Positions 55,394-64,000 of a stretch of DNA of 64,000 bases are shown in pieces. Source of the stretch: Calditrichia bacterium (GTDB lineage Bacteria; Calditrichota; Calditrichia; JAJRVZ01). The stretch spans positions 128,001 to 192,000 of the forward strand of contig CAWCNS010000008.1 in NCBI GenBank assembly GCA_963796965.1, written 5' to 3'. Under the pieces are notes generated by a model. It saw nothing but the letters and a program-made list of their open reading frames with translations, searched no databases and was not told where the DNA came from. Made by a program: the position numbers and the translations under genes. Position 1 is the first letter of the stretch, and every line of letters begins with the position of its first letter.

Positions 55394-57310
55394 CTATTTT
55401 ATTTGTCCATCATCGTTATAATCGCGTTTCATCGTTTTCAATCTTGCTAACATGGATCTGAGATCTCTTATTCCTCCTATGGTGAACCAGATTGAAACAA
55501 TCAGACTAACTAAGAGGAATAATCCAACATAGTACCACCAAAATTTCATCCAGGCGATTTCCGGGATTCCAAATAGCAGAGCATAAATAGTACCAATGAT
55601 AAAAACAGCCGTCCAGCTCAACGTCCAGCTATAAGTTACAATATAGATCACCTTGTCTGATCGGGTAAATTCCTTCCCAATTCCAAGCATCTTCAAGCCG
55701 CGGGAAGGTTCTTGTTCAATCACTTTATATTCATCCCCGATCAGGTATTTACCTCTATGCAACAGTTTATCCATATCGAACACTTGCCTCTTACTTAAAA
55801 GCGAAACTAGAATATACATGGTTATCGCTCCTACCATGGCTATAAACCAGAAAATTTGTCCGTTTAGAAATCCCGGATAATAATTTGGTATAATGATCCC
55901 GGCAACAGCGATCGTCGAACCGGTAATCATTGCTACCCAGGCAGCAGCAGTCGTCCCTCTTTTCCAATAAATACCTCCGATAATCACGGATCCTGATCCT
56001 CCGGCAAATATCGCTCCTGTAACAGCCAGAAACATGAGGATGTATTCCTGTTGCTGAAAGAGTAAACTGAAAAAAAAGATAAATATTGCCACACCAATAA
56101 TGGCCAATCTCAGATAGCGTATATGTTGCTCCGGTGTCAACGATTTTTTTCGCAGAGGTAAAAGTACATCCTGAATAAAGATACTTCCCCAGGAATGCAA
56201 GTAGCTATCATGCGTACTTATAAAGGCTGCCAGCATTACGGCAGTAAAGGCCCCCATTAAACCTCGTGGGAGAAATTCCTTCATTACTAATGGTACCTTT
56301 AACTGATTCTGTAATACTGTATCATCTATCGTTGCCAGAACATTGTTTACAGCGGTGGCCTGCGCTGAAAAATCCGCGTGATGCATAACTGTATAAGCGC
56401 AAATGGGAATAAAAAGGAATAATAATGTCTGCGGGAAACCGCGCCACCCGGAAAGGACGCCACCCATTTTAGCCTCATGAGCACTTTTAGCAGAGCTATT
56501 ATAAGCCTGGGTTCCCTGCCAGGAAAGGACAACATAAATAACGCCAAAAACGGCGATCAAATGATACCATATGTTAAAATCCTTGGCAGCACTTGTATTA
56601 AAAGGATTGATCATAGATGCGTTAACCGGGGCTGTTTGTAACGCCTCATATACATGGTCAAAACTAAACGTAGAGAAAAAGAGAAATACTACAATTACAA
56701 AGACAAAATTTACAAACAAGCCCTGAATGAAGTCTGTAATAATGACAGCAATCTGTCCACCAGAGAATACAAAATACAAGGATATGGAAAGAAGGGTAAT
56801 CATTACGACGACAAAAGTGGATATCTCCACACCTCCAAGAGAGAAATGGTTGGGAAAACCACAGAAATAGATAAAAAACCGTGCGCCGACAGCCGGGAAA
56901 ATGCCAAAATTGATGATTCCGGAAATAAAAGCAAGCATACCGGTGAAAATGCGGAAATTTTTACTATAACGCATTTCAAAGAATTGAGGCATGGTCATAC
57001 AGCGGGTCTGCCGAAAACGGTAAGCGACAAATCCCGAGACGGCAATGGCCAGTACAACAACTCCCATACTCAATCCCCACCAGGCTAGGGCAAATCCAGC
57101 CACGTAATTCATCTCAAAATTTGCTATGATCGTTATTGCGCCTAATCCAGCAATTCCCTGTGCCACACTAACCAGGTACCGCCCGGCTGTTCTTCCAGCG
57201 GAGAGAAAATCCACGACACTTTTCATGTGCGTTTTGCTGAGGATAACCCCACTGATCATCACCACAAGGATCGATATAACAATTCCCCAATCAATCCAAT
57301 CTAAATACAT
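55394..57310 (-). CDS. Sodium:solute symporter family protein
   Basis: DFLSAGR, TMPQFFEMRYS, SGGQIAVIITDFIQ, MLAAFISTHDS; many TM segments. Confidence 0.9.
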   Translation of the reverse strand: MYLDWIDWGIVISILVVMISGVILSKTHMKSVVDFLSAGRTAGRYLVSVAQGIAGLGAITIIANFEMNYVAGFALAWWGLSMGVVVLAIAVSGFVAYRFRQTRCMTMPQFFEMRYSKNFRIFTGMLAFISGIINFGIFPAVGARFFIYFCGFPNHFSLGGVEISTFVVVMITLLSISLYFVFSGGQIAVIITDFIQGLFVNFVFVIVVFLFFSTFSFDHVYEALQTAPVNASMINPFNTSAAKDFNIWYHLIAVFGVIYVVLSWQGTQAYNSSAKSAHEAKMGGVLSGWRGFPQTLLFLFIPICAYTVMHHADFSAQATAVNNVLATIDDTVLQNQLKVPLVMKEFLPRGLMGAFTAVMLAAFISTHDSYLHSWGSIFIQDVLLPLRKKSLTPEQHIRYLRLAIIGVAIFIFFFSLLFQQQEYILMFLAVTGAIFAGGSGSVIIGGIYWKRGTTAAAWVAMITGSTIAVAGIIIPNYYPGFLNGQIFWFIAMVGAITMYILVSLLSKRQVFDMDKLLHRGKYLIGDEYKVIEQEPSRGLKMLGIGKEFTRSDKVIYIVTYSWTLSWTAVFIIGTIYALLFGIPEIAWMKFWWYYVGLFLLVSLIVSIWFTIGGIRDLRSMLARLKTMKRDYNDDGQIK

Positions 57311-57366
57311 TTCCGTTCCAATTTGATAGACTCATTAAAAATATCTTCGACCCTTTATTAACTTTT

Positions 57367-57461
57367 TTACCGCTAAGACGCAATGAAGGCGCAACGTTCG
57401 CAAAGAATAATAAGTATAAATAACTTGCGTGCTTTGCGCATCCCTTGCGTCTTTGCGGTTA
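57367..57461. repeat. Inverted short-repeat palindromic element (CGCAAAG / CTTTGCG type)
   Basis: ttaccgctaagacgcaatgaaggcgcaacgttcgcaaag ... cttgcgtgctttgcgcatcccttgcgtctttgcggtta. Confidence 0.75.
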
Positions 57462-57477
57462 GATATCAATTTATGCA

Positions 57478-59991
57478 TTACTCGCTAAACACAAATTCGC
57501 CCGTCTCAACACTCCAATCCTCACCAAAAAAACCAGCTGCGCGAACGCCCTCACTTCCTTCCCTGAGCATCTCTGCTGAATACACCAGACAATCAGGGAA
57601 AGCATAACCCGGATAAAGATAGGGCCGGTTGTTGGTCATGCGCATACCAACGATTCCGCTCCCGCCCACAACACCTACAGATGCAATATCACTATCCAAT
57701 CGTGGTCTTATAAAGAGGCAGCCAAGATCCTTACCAGATATTTTTTTATCTCCTATCTCAATAGAGTTTGCATGAACCTGAACAGGGCAATCAGGCAATA
57801 ATTCATCCCAGGCGCTGTTTGTCTCGGCATTTCCATAGATGACAACATTTCGATCCGGATAAGCCCCGGCATCAAATTCAGCGTCAGAAATAATTTCGAT
57901 GGCCCCATTTCCCTGGTACCAGAAGATTTCCCCATCATATTTTGCCTTGGCCTTCGCCCAGGCATTCTCATCATCGGTCCCTTCTGTACCATACACAAAG
58001 ACTACCCGGTTATTAATGGCATCCTTAAAGGTACCATAACGATGTGGCCCTTTCAGTGATTTTGACGGTTTTGCAATAACGGACCACTCATCATTACGCT
58101 TCTCCAGCCATATCTTGTCCACATCTTTATCACGTTCAATATTATCAACTCTCTGGCTATCCAGATCGACACTCATCAACCCACCGGCCTCAATTAAACT
58201 TACATCCAGGGCAAGACGTGAGACATTTGTTGTTGTTCCTGAAAACAGTTTCTGTCCGGTATAGAATCTGATATTTGCCGTACTGAATTCTAAAGGATTT
58301 ATCTGGCTTTCAATATGTAGCCATTGGCTGGAGGAGGAGATGCCGGGATTTGCGGTTTTAAATTCAACCTGACGGATACGTTCCATGCCCGGTACAGCCC
58401 GGCGTGCGAAGAAATCAAACATAGGCAACCAGTCAACACAATCGCTACCTGGTTCGGGATCATTATCCCACCAGTGGCCTGCACCCGGTTCTTCATGAAA
58501 TACCAGGTGGTCATGTTTTCCTTCAAGATGTTTAACCATCTGATGGGCCTGATCCACACGTACATTATCATCAGCTGAACCATGAATCACATAGATACCC
58601 TCCTGTTTGTAATTTTCGGCCAATTCAAATGTTTGGCTGGGAGCCGTTGCCCGTAATAACATTTTATCCATAGCCGATCTTTCACCGATTTCGCCACGGA
58701 CTCGGTAAGACCAAAAACTAATCCAACCGGCACTGGGTCCAATAGCAGCAAATTTATCGGGAAAAGTACCGCCAACATGCCAGGTACCGTGTCCACCCAT
58801 TGAATGCCCCGTAAGATAAACGCGATTGGGATCTATATTGAGAGTAGATTTTGCCAGGGCCATCACCTCTAATGCATCTGTTCGCCCCCAATCCTCCCAA
58901 TTAAATCCGTAGGGCCGACGGTTTGTTGGCGCCACAATATGGCCCCAGTTCTTTGCTTGATACGAGTTGGCCTGATTTAAGGCCTCAACGCTGGCACCAT
59001 GTAACGACAGAAACAAGGCTCCTGGTTGATCCGCATGTAATCCCCAGGCCGGATTTACGGCATAGTATTGGACACTGCCATCAATCTTACTGAAAAAAGT
59101 ACGTTTACGAGTTTCAGCTGGGTTCTGGACACGTATGGGAATTTTTATTGAAGCCAGTGGTTTATCCATATCCCCATGTAATTCCAATTGAATATCACAG
59201 GTACCCTTATCTTTGAGAGCGGTACCTTTAAGCTTAAATGGTGCTTTATAGACACTTAAAGGAAGAATATCGGGAATGGAAATCTTACCCGAGACCGCTT
59301 TTTCCGATGAGGACGCTATCGTTAGATTTGTAAGACGCTTCTCTGACGCATTAACGATGACCATGGCCCCCTGAGTATCAATGGATTCTCCAACAATAAA
59401 ATCGGGTAGGGTAGGATCGTTGGGATTAAAGAATACGCCCTCGTCTGTTTCATGAATCTTTACTTTTAATCGGAAGCGGTTACATTTAAAAATTAAATCA
59501 TTCCGGCCTTTTTTCAAGACAATAGGGATTCGCGAAAAATTAAATTTTGGCTCCCATGACTCAAATTCTTCCTTGGACTGATAGCGGTTTCCAATTCGGG
59601 GCTCTCCATTGACATAAACCATATTATGGGCCATAGCTTCCAGGACTACTATTTTTCTCTCCTCTGATTGTATTGAGACATAGGCATACCCGCCGCGGAG
59701 TGTCCTTCCCCTAAACCATCCGTTTGAGTCTACTTTCATTTCCTCCCAGGTTCCCGATACTGAATCAGCAAACTCTTCCTTTTGTCCTGCCTGAGGGGGG
59801 CTCCATATTCCCTTCACAATTTTATATTCTACAGGATCTTTGGGAACGACAGACATCCGGCTACCGCGGGGCAATTTTACAGCCAAACATTTTTCGATCA
59901 CCGTTACTTGTCCAGCCATAACAATATTTGACATTCCAAAGAACATTACTATGAATGTTAGTTGGATTGAAATTAATTTTAGGCACTTCAT
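57478..59991 (-). CDS. Secreted alpha/beta serine hydrolase (prolyl oligopeptidase-like peptidase/esterase)
   Basis: LSLHGA, YLTGHSMGGHG nucleophile, IHGSADDNV, GAGHWW. Confidence 0.8.
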   Translation of the reverse strand: MKCLKLISIQLTFIVMFFGMSNIVMAGQVTVIEKCLAVKLPRGSRMSVVPKDPVEYKIVKGIWSPPQAGQKEEFADSVSGTWEEMKVDSNGWFRGRTLRGGYAYVSIQSEERKIVVLEAMAHNMVYVNGEPRIGNRYQSKEEFESWEPKFNFSRIPIVLKKGRNDLIFKCNRFRLKVKIHETDEGVFFNPNDPTLPDFIVGESIDTQGAMVIVNASEKRLTNLTIASSSEKAVSGKISIPDILPLSVYKAPFKLKGTALKDKGTCDIQLELHGDMDKPLASIKIPIRVQNPAETRKRTFFSKIDGSVQYYAVNPAWGLHADQPGALFLSLHGASVEALNQANSYQAKNWGHIVAPTNRRPYGFNWEDWGRTDALEVMALAKSTLNIDPNRVYLTGHSMGGHGTWHVGGTFPDKFAAIGPSAGWISFWSYRVRGEIGERSAMDKMLLRATAPSQTFELAENYKQEGIYVIHGSADDNVRVDQAHQMVKHLEGKHDHLVFHEEPGAGHWWDNDPEPGSDCVDWLPMFDFFARRAVPGMERIRQVEFKTANPGISSSSQWLHIESQINPLEFSTANIRFYTGQKLFSGTTTNVSRLALDVSLIEAGGLMSVDLDSQRVDNIERDKDVDKIWLEKRNDEWSVIAKPSKSLKGPHRYGTFKDAINNRVVFVYGTEGTDDENAWAKAKAKYDGEIFWYQGNGAIEIISDAEFDAGAYPDRNVVIYGNAETNSAWDELLPDCPVQVHANSIEIGDKKISGKDLGCLFIRPRLDSDIASVGVVGGSGIVGMRMTNNRPYLYPGYAFPDCLVYSAEMLREGSEGVRAAGFFGEDWSVETGEFVFSE

Positions 59992-60054
59992 ATTTTTCCC
60001 TTCTGTATTTATATTAATAATTTAGAATTCCAAAACAACCGCTCTAATTTTTCT

Positions 60055-60442
60055 CTCGCAAAGTCGCAAAGACGCTAAGAGATGGAAGACTCTACAACTA
60101 ACACGAGAGACATTTTTTTTATATTACCCTTTGTATCATCACTCTTAAGTTTTTAATATTTATTATCATTTGTGTCCAGTTTAAAAGAGGAATCACTGTT
60201 TTAACAAAATCATCATTCAAAAACCCCTTCTCTTCTTCACGAGAAGGGCTCCTTAAAGTCCCTCTCTTTGTAAGAGAGGGATTTAGGGTGAGTTCTTTAA
60301 ATTAAGTCTTCTTGCTGGGAAATTAATAGAATCATTTGATATTATTTTGTTTATTAATACATGTCTAAATATTAACCAGACACTTATGATTTATTATGTT
60401 TTACATTTGAATAAATTCTTTACGTTTTAGCGTCTTTGCGTA
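60055..60442. repeat. CGCAAAG/CTTTGCG inverted arms enclosing two CCCTCTC/GAGAGGG-type hairpins
   Basis: ctcgcaaagtcgcaaagacgctaaga (60055-60080) and ctttacgttttagcgtctttgcg (60418-60440); inner hairpins at 60225-60248 and 60259-60281. Confidence 0.65.
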
Positions 60443-60510
60443 AGTTTATTTTGCTTATATGTATGACCATTGTGAGTAATTTAACTTCATTATCATAGAT
60501 ATGACCGGAA

Positions 60511-60566
60511 TAACCACCCCCTTTTTTCCCCTCCTTAGTAAGTAGGGGGATAATGGGGAAGGTAAA
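60511..60566. repeat. ~55-bp palindromic element, copy 1
   Basis: taaccacccc...cccctccttagtaagtagggggataatggggaaggtaa. Confidence 0.65.
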
Positions 60567-60597
60567 TTCAATAAATCTTAAAGTGGATCAATCCTTA

Positions 60598-62859
60598 TTA
60601 TTCCACCACAATTTCATCGACAAAAAGCCACGCCTTACCCCCTGCACCGGGATGCCATTCCGGACAAACACCTAAATTTTCAGCGCGAATACGAATAAAC
60701 CTTGCTTCTATCCCATCAGCCTTGAGAACAAAATCCTGAATCAATGCATCGGTATTTTTCATTGAGATATCAGGGTTTTGTACATCCAGAACCTGATATT
60801 TTTCCCCATCTGCAGAGAATGCGAACTCAACTTTTCTTGGCAAAAATATCCACGAATTGGTATTTTGTATAAATCCTACGGATATACTTTTTATATGAAC
60901 CATCTCCTCCAAATCGAGAACCGCATCGAAATCGTTCTCCTCATACCCTTGCCAATAGCCATCGCGAAAATTAATCGATCCTCGTATACCATTAGTTAAG
61001 CCAAATTCACCACCACCTGAATAATGCTCCGCATAAGTCGATTTAAGTTCAACATTCTTACCAGAAGTGATATGAAAATTAAAAGATCGCTTTTCAATCT
61101 CTCCATATTTTTCACCGTTCCGGAATGCAGACACATTTAACTCACAGCTTTTATCAACCAGGATCTGTTTGGAATATTTGGTCGATTTCAGATCAGGAAC
61201 TTCGCCATCAAGCGTGTAATATAGTTCCAATAGGGGTTCACCCGTTTCCATGGTAACCAAATAGGTGAGATCATCTGCATTAAAGCTCGTTTTTATGCCT
61301 ACAGGTTTCGATTCTGCACCATACTTAACACCCATATTATCCAACCGTTGGTAGTGATTACGTGCCCGCTGCAAAAATTCTGTATAATCCTTCTTTTCTC
61401 CTTGTGACCAGAGGACTTCACTCATCGCCAGCAGCCGGGGAAAAACCATCTGATCGAGATTATCTTCGGTAATCCTTTCTGTCCACACATTACATTCACC
61501 ACCGATGATATGACGGCGCTCTTCATCATTTAGTTCGGCAGGGACCGGGTCGAAAGAATAGACCTGGCGAAGATCTGTTGTGGCAATATCATAGTCAAAA
61601 TAGGCATGGCTTGTGGGCGAAACGATGGCATCATGACCTGCACGGGCTGCTTCCACTGCCCCTTCCATTCCCCGCCACGATTGCACGGTTGCACCAGGTG
61701 CCAGACCACCTTCCAGAATTTCATCCCAGCCTATTAACTGACGATCATTTTTGTTCAGAAACGTCTCGATCCGTCGGATAAAATAACTCTGTAACTCATG
61801 CTCGTCCTTTAAATTTTCAGACTTAATTCTCCTTTGACATTTGGAACAATTTTGCCAGCGATCTTTTGGACATTCATCTCCACCTATGTGAATATACTTA
61901 GATGGAAACAAGGCCAGAACCTCTGTTAATACATTCTCCAGAAACTTAAAAGTCTCATCATTGCCGGCACAGTAGACATCCTTATGCACACCCCATTGGG
62001 TCTCAACAGTGAATGGTCCTCCCGTACAAGATAGATGGGGATACGATGCCAGGGCAGCCACAGAATGTCCTGGCAATTCAATTTCCGGAACAATTGTTAT
62101 AAATCTTTTTTGGGCATATTCGACAATCTCTTTGATATCTTGCTGAGTATAATAGCCGCCATACCTGGTGCCATCCTCATAGGTTCGCCAGGCACCGATT
62201 TCTGTTAACCGGGGATACTTTCTTATCTCAATACGCCAGCCCTGATCTTCAGTCAGGTGCCAGTGGAGGCGATTCATTTTATAATAGGCCAATAGATCTA
62301 GATAACGTTTGACCATTCTTTTGCTCATAAAGTGCCGGCCACAATCTAACAACATTCCCCGCCAGTTAAATCTTGGCTTATCTTTAATATCGAGGCAAGG
62401 TATAGTCAGATTTTTCTTATGAGCATCTGTATCTTTCTCTATTCCAGGTGGAAATAGCTGGCGGAATGTTTGGATGGCATAAAATATCCCAGCCGGATGA
62501 GAGGCCCGAATTTTAACTTCATTTGATTTAACCTCAATTTGATACCCCTCCCCTCCAAATGATGCCTCATCATCATTCAAAAGAGAGAGGAATATAAAAT
62601 TCTCAGCACCATCTTCACCATCATCTCCTATCACTTTTTCTAGCCAGGAGGATAAATAGGCTCCACAATGCTCCAACCCCGGCACATTTCCATCAGTTAC
62701 TATCGCCGTTCTGGTAGTTAGTGTAAATGTACCTGTACTATTTATGACTGAGTTGGGTTTAGGAATAATAGCACCTTGATTTTTATCAGATTTTCCACAG
62801 GTCATCATAAATAATCCTAAAAAAAATATAAGAAGATTTTTTATTGCTATAGTTTTCAT
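60598..62859 (-). CDS. Beta-N-acetylhexosaminidase, GH20, lipoprotein with C-terminal FN3-associated/F5-8-like domains
   Basis: DKPRFNWRGMLLDCGRHF, HWHLTEDQGWR, PEIELPGH, HIGGDE; likely start at 62859 (MKTIAIK...MMTC). Confidence 0.95.
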   Translation of the reverse strand: MKTIAIKNLLIFFLGLFMMTCGKSDKNQGAIIPKPNSVINSTGTFTLTTRTAIVTDGNVPGLEHCGAYLSSWLEKVIGDDGEDGAENFIFLSLLNDDEASFGGEGYQIEVKSNEVKIRASHPAGIFYAIQTFRQLFPPGIEKDTDAHKKNLTIPCLDIKDKPRFNWRGMLLDCGRHFMSKRMVKRYLDLLAYYKMNRLHWHLTEDQGWRIEIRKYPRLTEIGAWRTYEDGTRYGGYYTQQDIKEIVEYAQKRFITIVPEIELPGHSVAALASYPHLSCTGGPFTVETQWGVHKDVYCAGNDETFKFLENVLTEVLALFPSKYIHIGGDECPKDRWQNCSKCQRRIKSENLKDEHELQSYFIRRIETFLNKNDRQLIGWDEILEGGLAPGATVQSWRGMEGAVEAARAGHDAIVSPTSHAYFDYDIATTDLRQVYSFDPVPAELNDEERRHIIGGECNVWTERITEDNLDQMVFPRLLAMSEVLWSQGEKKDYTEFLQRARNHYQRLDNMGVKYGAESKPVGIKTSFNADDLTYLVTMETGEPLLELYYTLDGEVPDLKSTKYSKQILVDKSCELNVSAFRNGEKYGEIEKRSFNFHITSGKNVELKSTYAEHYSGGGEFGLTNGIRGSINFRDGYWQGYEENDFDAVLDLEEMVHIKSISVGFIQNTNSWIFLPRKVEFAFSADGEKYQVLDVQNPDISMKNTDALIQDFVLKADGIEARFIRIRAENLGVCPEWHPGAGGKAWLFVDEIVVE

Positions 62860-62921
62860 ATTTTTGCTCTTTTTCTGATTAATCAAGTCATTAATTTTCT
62901 TACCTTCGATGAACCAGCAAA

Positions 62922-62976
62922 TAACCACCCTCCGTCTCCCTCCTTACTAAGGAGGGGGAAAAAGGAGGAGGTAATT
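62922..62976. repeat. ~55-bp palindromic element, copy 2 (direct repeat of 60511-60566)
   Basis: taaccaccctccgtctccctccttactaaggagggggaaaaaggaggaggtaa. Confidence 0.65.
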
Positions 62977-63044
62977 AACACTGAGAATCCGCGTCATCCG
63001 TTTTCTATTACGATTTTTTTTTGCTCCTTCTTTCCAATCGTTTT

Positions 63045-64000
63045 TCAACCAATCAACTTCGCATCATGTAAATTATACAGATTAAAGTACGCACCCCTTT
63101 TATCCAAAAGATGCCCATGGTCGCCGGTTTCCACAATCTGCCCGTTATCCATCACAAAAATTTTATCCGCATTTTTTATGGTTGAGAGACGATGCGCAAT
63201 AATAAAAGTAGTTCGGTTGGCAACAAGTGTATTAAGCGCCCCCTGAATTTTAAATTCTGACTCTGTATCTAAGGCAGAAGTTGCTTCATCCAAAATCAGA
63301 ATAGGGGCATTTTTAAGAATCGCCCTGGCAATGGAAATGCGTTGCTGCTGCCCCCCGGAAAGTCCAACCCCTCTCTCACCCAGAGGTGTATCAAAACCAT
63401 TTGGAAGGTCCATTATAAATTCATAGGCATTTGCCATCCTGGCTGCGTCTTCAACTTCCTGATCTGAAGCATCTATATTGCCATAGCGGATATTTTCTCT
63501 GATAGTACCCCAGAAAAGAAATCCATCCTGTAAAACGAGAGCAAGATTTTGCCTCAACCAATAGATCTGTAGATCCCGCAGGTCAATATTATCGATCATT
63601 ATAGTACCGGCTGTGGGATCATAGAAACGTGTTAGCATATTTAGTATGGTACTTTTGCCGGCACCGGAACGTCCAACAAGAGCAATACACTGACCTGGTT
63701 CAACTGAGAATGAGATATCATGAATAGCCGGTTTTTTTCCGCCATCATACATAAATGATACATTTTTAAAAATAATATGCCCTTTCGCAACAGAAGATGG
63801 AATGACGGGATTTTCTTTTTCAGGTGGGCTGGGTACCGTATCAAACACCTCATAAATTCGTTTAACCGAACTCATTCCGGCTTCAATAACCGTAGTGGTA
63901 TTACTCAAACGAATAATCGGTTGGTATAAATAACCCAGATAGGTATAGAAAGCGACGATATCACCCACAGTCATGACATCTTTAACAATAACGAAATAGC
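63045..64000 (-). CDS. ABC transporter fused permease/ATP-binding protein (MsbA-like), 5' part outside the window
   Basis: Walker A GRSGAGKST, LSGGQQQR, ILILDEATSALD, IAHRLST. Confidence 0.92.
   Translation of the reverse strand, partial: YFVIVKDVMTVGDIVAFYTYLGYLYQPIIRLSNTTTVIEAGMSSVKRIYEVFDTVPSPPEKENPVIPSSVAKGHIIFKNVSFMYDGGKKPAIHDISFSVEPGQCIALVGRSGAGKSTILNMLTRFYDPTAGTIMIDNIDLRDLQIYWLRQNLALVLQDGFLFWGTIRENIRYGNIDASDQEVEDAARMANAYEFIMDLPNGFDTPLGERGVGLSGGQQQRISIARAILKNAPILILDEATSALDTESEFKIQGALNTLVANRTTFIIAHRLSTIKNADKIFVMDNGQIVETGDHGHLLDKRGAYFNLYNLHDAKLIG

Overview
Bacterial FCB-superphylum-type DNA. A Calditrichota/KSB1-like origin is an inference from T9SS cargo, PorV, TonB receptors without SusD, and AGGAGG Shine-Dalgarno sites. 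Every long gene is on the minus strand. The right half (37-64 kb) is a glycan/ester scavenging cluster: ABC transporter (partial), GH20, serine hydrolase, Na+/solute symporter, GH38, ROK regulator, GH94, cupredoxin/4Fe-4S membrane protein, FG-GAP, TPR, PhoD-like phosphatase and sulfatase. The left half (1-36 kb) holds two copies of a module: T9SS cargo, PPIase-like lipoprotein, TonB-dependent receptor, (PorV-family gene in the first copy), then large ~1180-1200 aa secreted protein(s). The first copy has a tandem array of five paralogs (P1-P5) with near-identical scaffolds and C-termini but short hypervariable windows and mosaic tracts. A sixth, diverged paralog (P6), missed by the ORF track, runs off the window start. 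This looks like a SusD-independent TonB uptake system with a diversified repertoire of PorV-tethered surface proteins. Spacers hold inverted arrays of 7-8 bp repeats that either enclose a four-helix-bundle gene or are empty. A secreted protein carries a Png1/NGLY1-like catalytic motif. Several single-base frameshifts are probably assembly indel errors.
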